The notes below the pieces were generated by a model. That model was not told the origin of the DNA and made no database searches. It saw only the letters and a program-made list of their open reading frames with translations. From Clostridia bacterium (GTDB lineage: Bacteria; Bacillota; Clostridia; Christensenellales; CAG-314), in contig CAAGHL010000060.1 in NCBI GenBank assembly GCA_900769665.1, positions 264 through 64,263 of the forward strand: 64,000 nucleotides of DNA, given 5' to 3'. Every line of letters begins with the position of its first letter. Positions within the stretch are counted from its first letter, which is position 1. The position numbers and the translations under genes are program-made. Positions 61,032-64,000 of this stretch are shown piece after piece.

Positions 61032-62375
61032 ATGAAAGCAAGTAAAAAACGCGGCTTTACGATTGTGGAACTAATCATAGTCATTGCCGTAATTGCAATT
61101 CTTGCGGCGGTACTTATACCTACGTTTAGCAATTTGATCAGTAGAGCCAACGAGTCGGTAGATATCCAAGCGGCAAGAAACATGAACACGTTCTTGGCAA
61201 CGGCAAAATATACGGACGGCGTAAATTCTATTCTCGACGTGTACGATGTATTTGAGGGCTCCGGTTTCAAGGTAGAAAATTACAGCCCGTTGTACAAAGG
61301 TCGTCACTATTACTACGACATCGGCTACAACCAAATATTGTACGTTGACGATGGCGGCACCGTTTTGTATCCCGAGGAACACAAAGGTGAGCAAAAAGGA
61401 ACCCGCAATTGGTGTTCACTCAGTATGCAAACGATGAAAACAACTATACCTAATGGTGAGGGCAGCAGTTACGAAAATAAGGATAATAAAATCACCGCAA
61501 CGGTGAAAAGTGCCGAGGAATACGCATACGTAGTGGATAAGTACAACAAAGCCGGATCATCTTTGCTAAATCTTGACTTGACGTTGAAAAATGACCTTGA
61601 TTTTATGGGTGCAAACTGTGCGATTAAGGAAGCAAAAGGCACCGTTACAATCAAAGGTGAGAACGGTAAAACCGTAACTATTAAAAACATTACATCCAAT
61701 GTGGAATTGGAAACGGACGCGATCCGCAACGCTCAAGGCATTAAAGCAGGCTACTATTCTGGCGGACTTATTTCCAAATGTACAGGCACTGTAAATATTG
61801 AAAATGTGGTTATCGAAAACATCAACGTAAAAACACCCACGGCAGGACAGGTAGGCGTTGTAATCGGTGTAGCGCAAGGCGCAAGTGCAAAAGTTACATT
61901 CAAAAACGTGACCATAAAAAATTGTTCCGTAATAGGACATCGCGATGTAGGCACGCTCGTCGGCGGTGCGCAAAATGGAGCCACAGTAACGCTTGAAGGA
62001 AACGTAAATATTGAAAACGTGAAGGTAAAAACGACAGGCGGTCGCTCCGCTCTTGTTATCGGTAAACTTAACGGTGCATCTAAAATCGTATGTCCCAGTG
62101 CTAATGTAAGGATTACAAATTCCGCGTTAGAAGTATACAAAATGGAATCGCTTAAACAACAATTTGCCAATGCAATCGGCAGTTGGACTGAAAAGCCGTC
62201 AACTATCGAGGGACAAACACAGTACATTCGCAGTCTGAAAGCAACGGACGGCTCGGAGGGTTACTCTGTTTATGGTTTCCGTGCCGACGCACTTGTTTTG
62301 CTTGAACAAAAGGACGGTGCTCCCTACAAGGCTGTGACGTCAGAGAGCGGTCTTAACGGTGCTGCTGCACAATAA
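61032..62375 (+). CDS. Prepilin-type N-terminal cleavage/methylation-domain protein fused to a repetitive beta-helix-like C-terminal domain
   Basis: KKRGFTIVELIIVIAVIAILAAVLIP is a class III (type IV pilin/pseudopilin) leader. The C-terminus has repeated coils TIKNITSNV, VIENINVKT, TIKNCSVIG and NIENVKVKT. GGAG RBS 8 nt upstream. Confidence 0.82.
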   Translation: MKASKKRGFTIVELIIVIAVIAILAAVLIPTFSNLISRANESVDIQAARNMNTFLATAKYTDGVNSILDVYDVFEGSGFKVENYSPLYKGRHYYYDIGYNQILYVDDGGTVLYPEEHKGEQKGTRNWCSLSMQTMKTTIPNGEGSSYENKDNKITATVKSAEEYAYVVDKYNKAGSSLLNLDLTLKNDLDFMGANCAIKEAKGTVTIKGENGKTVTIKNITSNVELETDAIRNAQGIKAGYYSGGLISKCTGTVNIENVVIENINVKTPTAGQVGVVIGVAQGASAKVTFKNVTIKNCSVIGHRDVGTLVGGAQNGATVTLEGNVNIENVKVKTTGGRSALVIGKLNGASKIVCPSANVRITNSALEVYKMESLKQQFANAIGSWTEKPSTIEGQTQYIRSLKATDGSEGYSVYGFRADALVLLEQKDGAPYKAVTSESGLNGAAAQ

Positions 62376-62424
62376 TTTAGTTTCTCCTACGCTTCGCCGT
62401 ATTAGGTGGTAGCGCATGTTTCTC

Positions 62425-62458
62425 AAAAGAGGTTGTCGATTTTGGCAACCTCTTTTTC
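62425..62458 (+). terminator. Intrinsic terminator after the pilin-like gene
   Basis: AGAGGTTG-(10 nt)-CAACCTCT hairpin followed by TTTTT. A second hairpin CAAGGGA...TCCCTTG+T5 lies at about 62501-62545. Confidence 0.8.
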
Positions 62459-62647
62459 TGTCTTCCCCTCAATGTAAGTGTCAAAACAAAAAAATACTAC
62501 TCAAGGGATATCGTAACAAGCGGTGTCCCTTGTTTTTGTTTTGCGGTGGTGTTGCATTTGCACGGTTTTGTCAAAGGCATATGGAAGTAAGGCGCAATGT
62601 CGGTCAACTATTACGTACCAAGGCTACAAATTTACAAATAATACCGA

Positions 62648-62676
62648 TTGACTTGAAGTTAGTCATGTGTTACAAT
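62648..62676 (+). promoter_or_regulatory. Near-consensus sigma-A promoter of an orphan ~270-nt transcription unit
   Basis: TTGACT (62648-62653), a 17-nt spacer ending TGT, then TACAAT (62671-62676). Confidence 0.65.
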
Positions 62677-62921
62677 ACAATCAACTATTACAACAGTCGT
62701 GGAAAGTCGCGGCGTACATTGTGGCGTACAGCACGGTGCTGACCTTTGTCAACAAGGTGTTCAATGAACTTTGCGCAGGCAAACTGTACACGGTGCAAGC
62801 AAAAATAATCAACCACACCGAGGGCGTATCCGGCGAAATCGAAGGCATTGTGACAAAAGTAAACGCTTGAACCCCTCAAACGAGCAAATTGTAACTAAAA
62901 AATCAATACGTACACAAAAAT

Positions 62922-62955
62922 CGCTTACATTTTCACGAATGTAGGCGTTTTTTTT
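62922..62955 (+). terminator. Intrinsic terminator closing the orphan unit (overlaps motif copy E)
   Basis: CGCTTACAT-TTTCACGA-ATGTAGGCG hairpin (one G:U pair) followed by T8. Confidence 0.8.
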
Positions 62956-63058
62956 GTTGGTTGTGCGGTTGGTGATTTTGTATGTGAATAAACGAGTGCA
63001 TTGGGAAAAATCGCATTTTTTTGTAAATTGTATTTTGTTTTTGTCTTTGCAAGATTAC

Positions 63059-63087
63059 TTGAATCTTCGTTGCTTGTTTGGTATAAT
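63059..63087 (+). promoter_or_regulatory. Sigma-A promoter of the 63123 gene
   Basis: TTGAAT (63059-63064), a 17-nt spacer ending TGG, then TATAAT (63082-63087). Confidence 0.6.
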
Positions 63088-63122
63088 GGACTTAACGATA
63101 ATAGGTTTTTTATGGAGAAAAT

Positions 63123-63584
63123 ATGCCATATCAAGACGCATTGAACAAATATCTTCAAATAATTGTGGGAAAAAGATTGGACGCGTTAAATCTTGCTTGC
63201 GAGATGATGATGTTCAACTTTGAAGATTACGCGCTGCATACATTGTGTTTGACACGCATTATTGGAGATAACGACATTTTAGTGACGACTTTTGACTACC
63301 AAAGTTGGGACGGAGTGAACGATACCAACAACGACGAACGATATTTTGTGGAAAAATATAGGGATAAAATAGTCGGCGGCACTGTCACTTCGGTGTGCGT
63401 TTCCGCTGTATATGACGTTGAAATTGTATTGGATAGTGGTGTAAGAATTGAATCGTTTATCAAAAACGGTTATCACCACTTTGACGACGAGCAAGATCAG
63501 TGGATGTTTTTCAAGCAGGGCGACAACTCGTATCCGTTTATTACTGTGCGCAACAAAACAGTAGACATTACAGAAAAATGGTAG
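63123..63584 (+). CDS. Hypothetical cytosolic protein (153 aa)
   Basis: Clean ORF with a GGAGAAAAT RBS context and its own promoter. It has no recognisable motifs, and its size and context resemble immunity-type small proteins. Confidence 0.6.
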   Translation: MPYQDALNKYLQIIVGKRLDALNLACEMMMFNFEDYALHTLCLTRIIGDNDILVTTFDYQSWDGVNDTNNDERYFVEKYRDKIVGGTVTSVCVSAVYDVEIVLDSGVRIESFIKNGYHHFDDEQDQWMFFKQGDNSYPFITVRNKTVDITEKW

Positions 63585-63657
63585 GAGTAATGTTGAATTG
63601 AAAACAGCGTAACGTTAACAGCGCATGTTGCGTAAATTTGACGCAAAAGTATATCCG

Positions 63658-64000
63658 CCCACCTTATTTGTCGAAATACACGGCAATGTTGCAGGGTGGT
63701 GCTTTAACCTGCTGAACAAAAAAATAACCACTCTACTATAGAGTGGTTGTGGTAGAAGCAAGTGGACCGTAAGGAGTGCACAGATAAAGACGCAAGCGAT
63801 GCAGTGGAAACACGACGGAATAGTGAGCCCCTAATCACAAGAGTTGCCCTATTTCTGCAGTCTAGGCTCACGTCACCACCGACCCCCCCCCACCTTATTT
63901 GCCGAAAGACACGGCAATGTTGCAGGGCGGTGCTCTAACCTGCTGAACAAAAAAAATAACCACTCTACTATAGAGTGGTTGTGGTAGAAGCAAGTGGACC
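63658..64000. repeat. Tandem direct repeat, period ~231 bp, at least 1.5 units (truncated by the window end)
   Basis: 63658-63770 and 63889-64000 align over about 112 nt with about 5 substitutions and 1 indel. Each copy holds three hairpins, including the perfect AACCACTCTA-CTA-TAGAGTGGTT. Confidence 0.85.

Noticed and set aside
62667-62879. 67-aa (+) and 63-aa (-) ORFs downstream of the pilin-like gene
   Set aside because: The + ORF starts with GTG inside the -10 region of a strong promoter, upstream of the predicted TSS, and has no RBS. The - ORF has no signals. The region is treated as a possible ncRNA or micropeptide unit instead.
63658-64000. Terminal repeats considered as a CRISPR array or as SRP (scRNA) Alu-domain RNA
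   Set aside because: The repeat unit exceeds 110 nt with a period of about 231 nt, not 25-40 nt repeats with spacers, so it is not CRISPR. GGTGCTNTAACCTGC loosely resembles the SRP Alu loop, but no helix-8 GGAA/AGCA motif is present and the sequence is tandemly duplicated.
1-64000. Search for integrase, transposase, IS ends, prophage genes, CRISPR-cas and rRNA
   Set aside because: None was recognisable in any of the listed ORFs. No mobile element is called despite the tRNA att-like scar and the compositional heterogeneity.

Overview
This 64-kb window is almost entirely coding and co-directional on the + strand. The signals look Firmicutes/Clostridia-like: GGAGG ribosome-binding sites, lipoprotein lipoboxes, a LytTR/AgrC-type two-component system, GLUG motifs and Listeria-Bacteroides repeats. 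No rRNA, CRISPR array, integrase or transposase was seen.

Layout:
(1) 0.1-24.1 kb is a host-glycan utilisation locus. It holds an AraC/PocR regulator, GH20, GH112 galacto-/lacto-N-biose phosphorylase, two CUT1-type ABC permeases with a binding lipoprotein, a DUF4091/GH123-like lipoprotein, two giant paralogous surface proteins, GH38 alpha-mannosidase and a translationally coupled 707-aa unknown.
(2) 24.4-31.9 kb is the most unusual block. It is a TerY-P-type vWA/kinase/PP2C module with duplicated vWA genes, embedded with a stand-alone FtsK-gamma wHTH, a classical-clade AAA+ ATPase, an S/T/Q-rich polytopic membrane protein, LemA and a small membrane protein. A WYL regulator follows it.
(3) 33.3-44.2 kb is visibly more AT-rich by eye. 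It contains a 1557-aa MACPF/GLUG/Ig/List-Bact-repeat surface protein coupled by an ATGA overlap to a secreted tandem ComEC-type metallo-beta-lactamase protein. Next come an orphan guanine-class purine riboswitch with its own promoter and terminator, an initiator tRNA-fMet, a 44-bp duplicated copy of the tRNA 3' half (att-like scar) and a LytTR/AgrC-like two-component system.
(4) 44.2-60.1 kb is a second glycan block: a membrane-anchored GH3, a Cys-knot/CBM lipoprotein, rubrerythrin, an AraC regulator, a GH127/146-like giant enzyme with LamG domains, a giant CBM-repeat surface protein and a lipoprotein.
(5) 60.1-64 kb is AT- and homopolymer-rich. It contains a poly-G tract inside a promoter spacer, a prepilin-leader beta-helix protein, an orphan promoter-to-terminator unit, a small cytosolic protein and a ~231-bp tandem repeat cut by the window end.

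A bipartite intergenic motif (A-tract, ATACGTAT, 12 nt, TACATTTT) recurs at least 7 times, always in + orientation.
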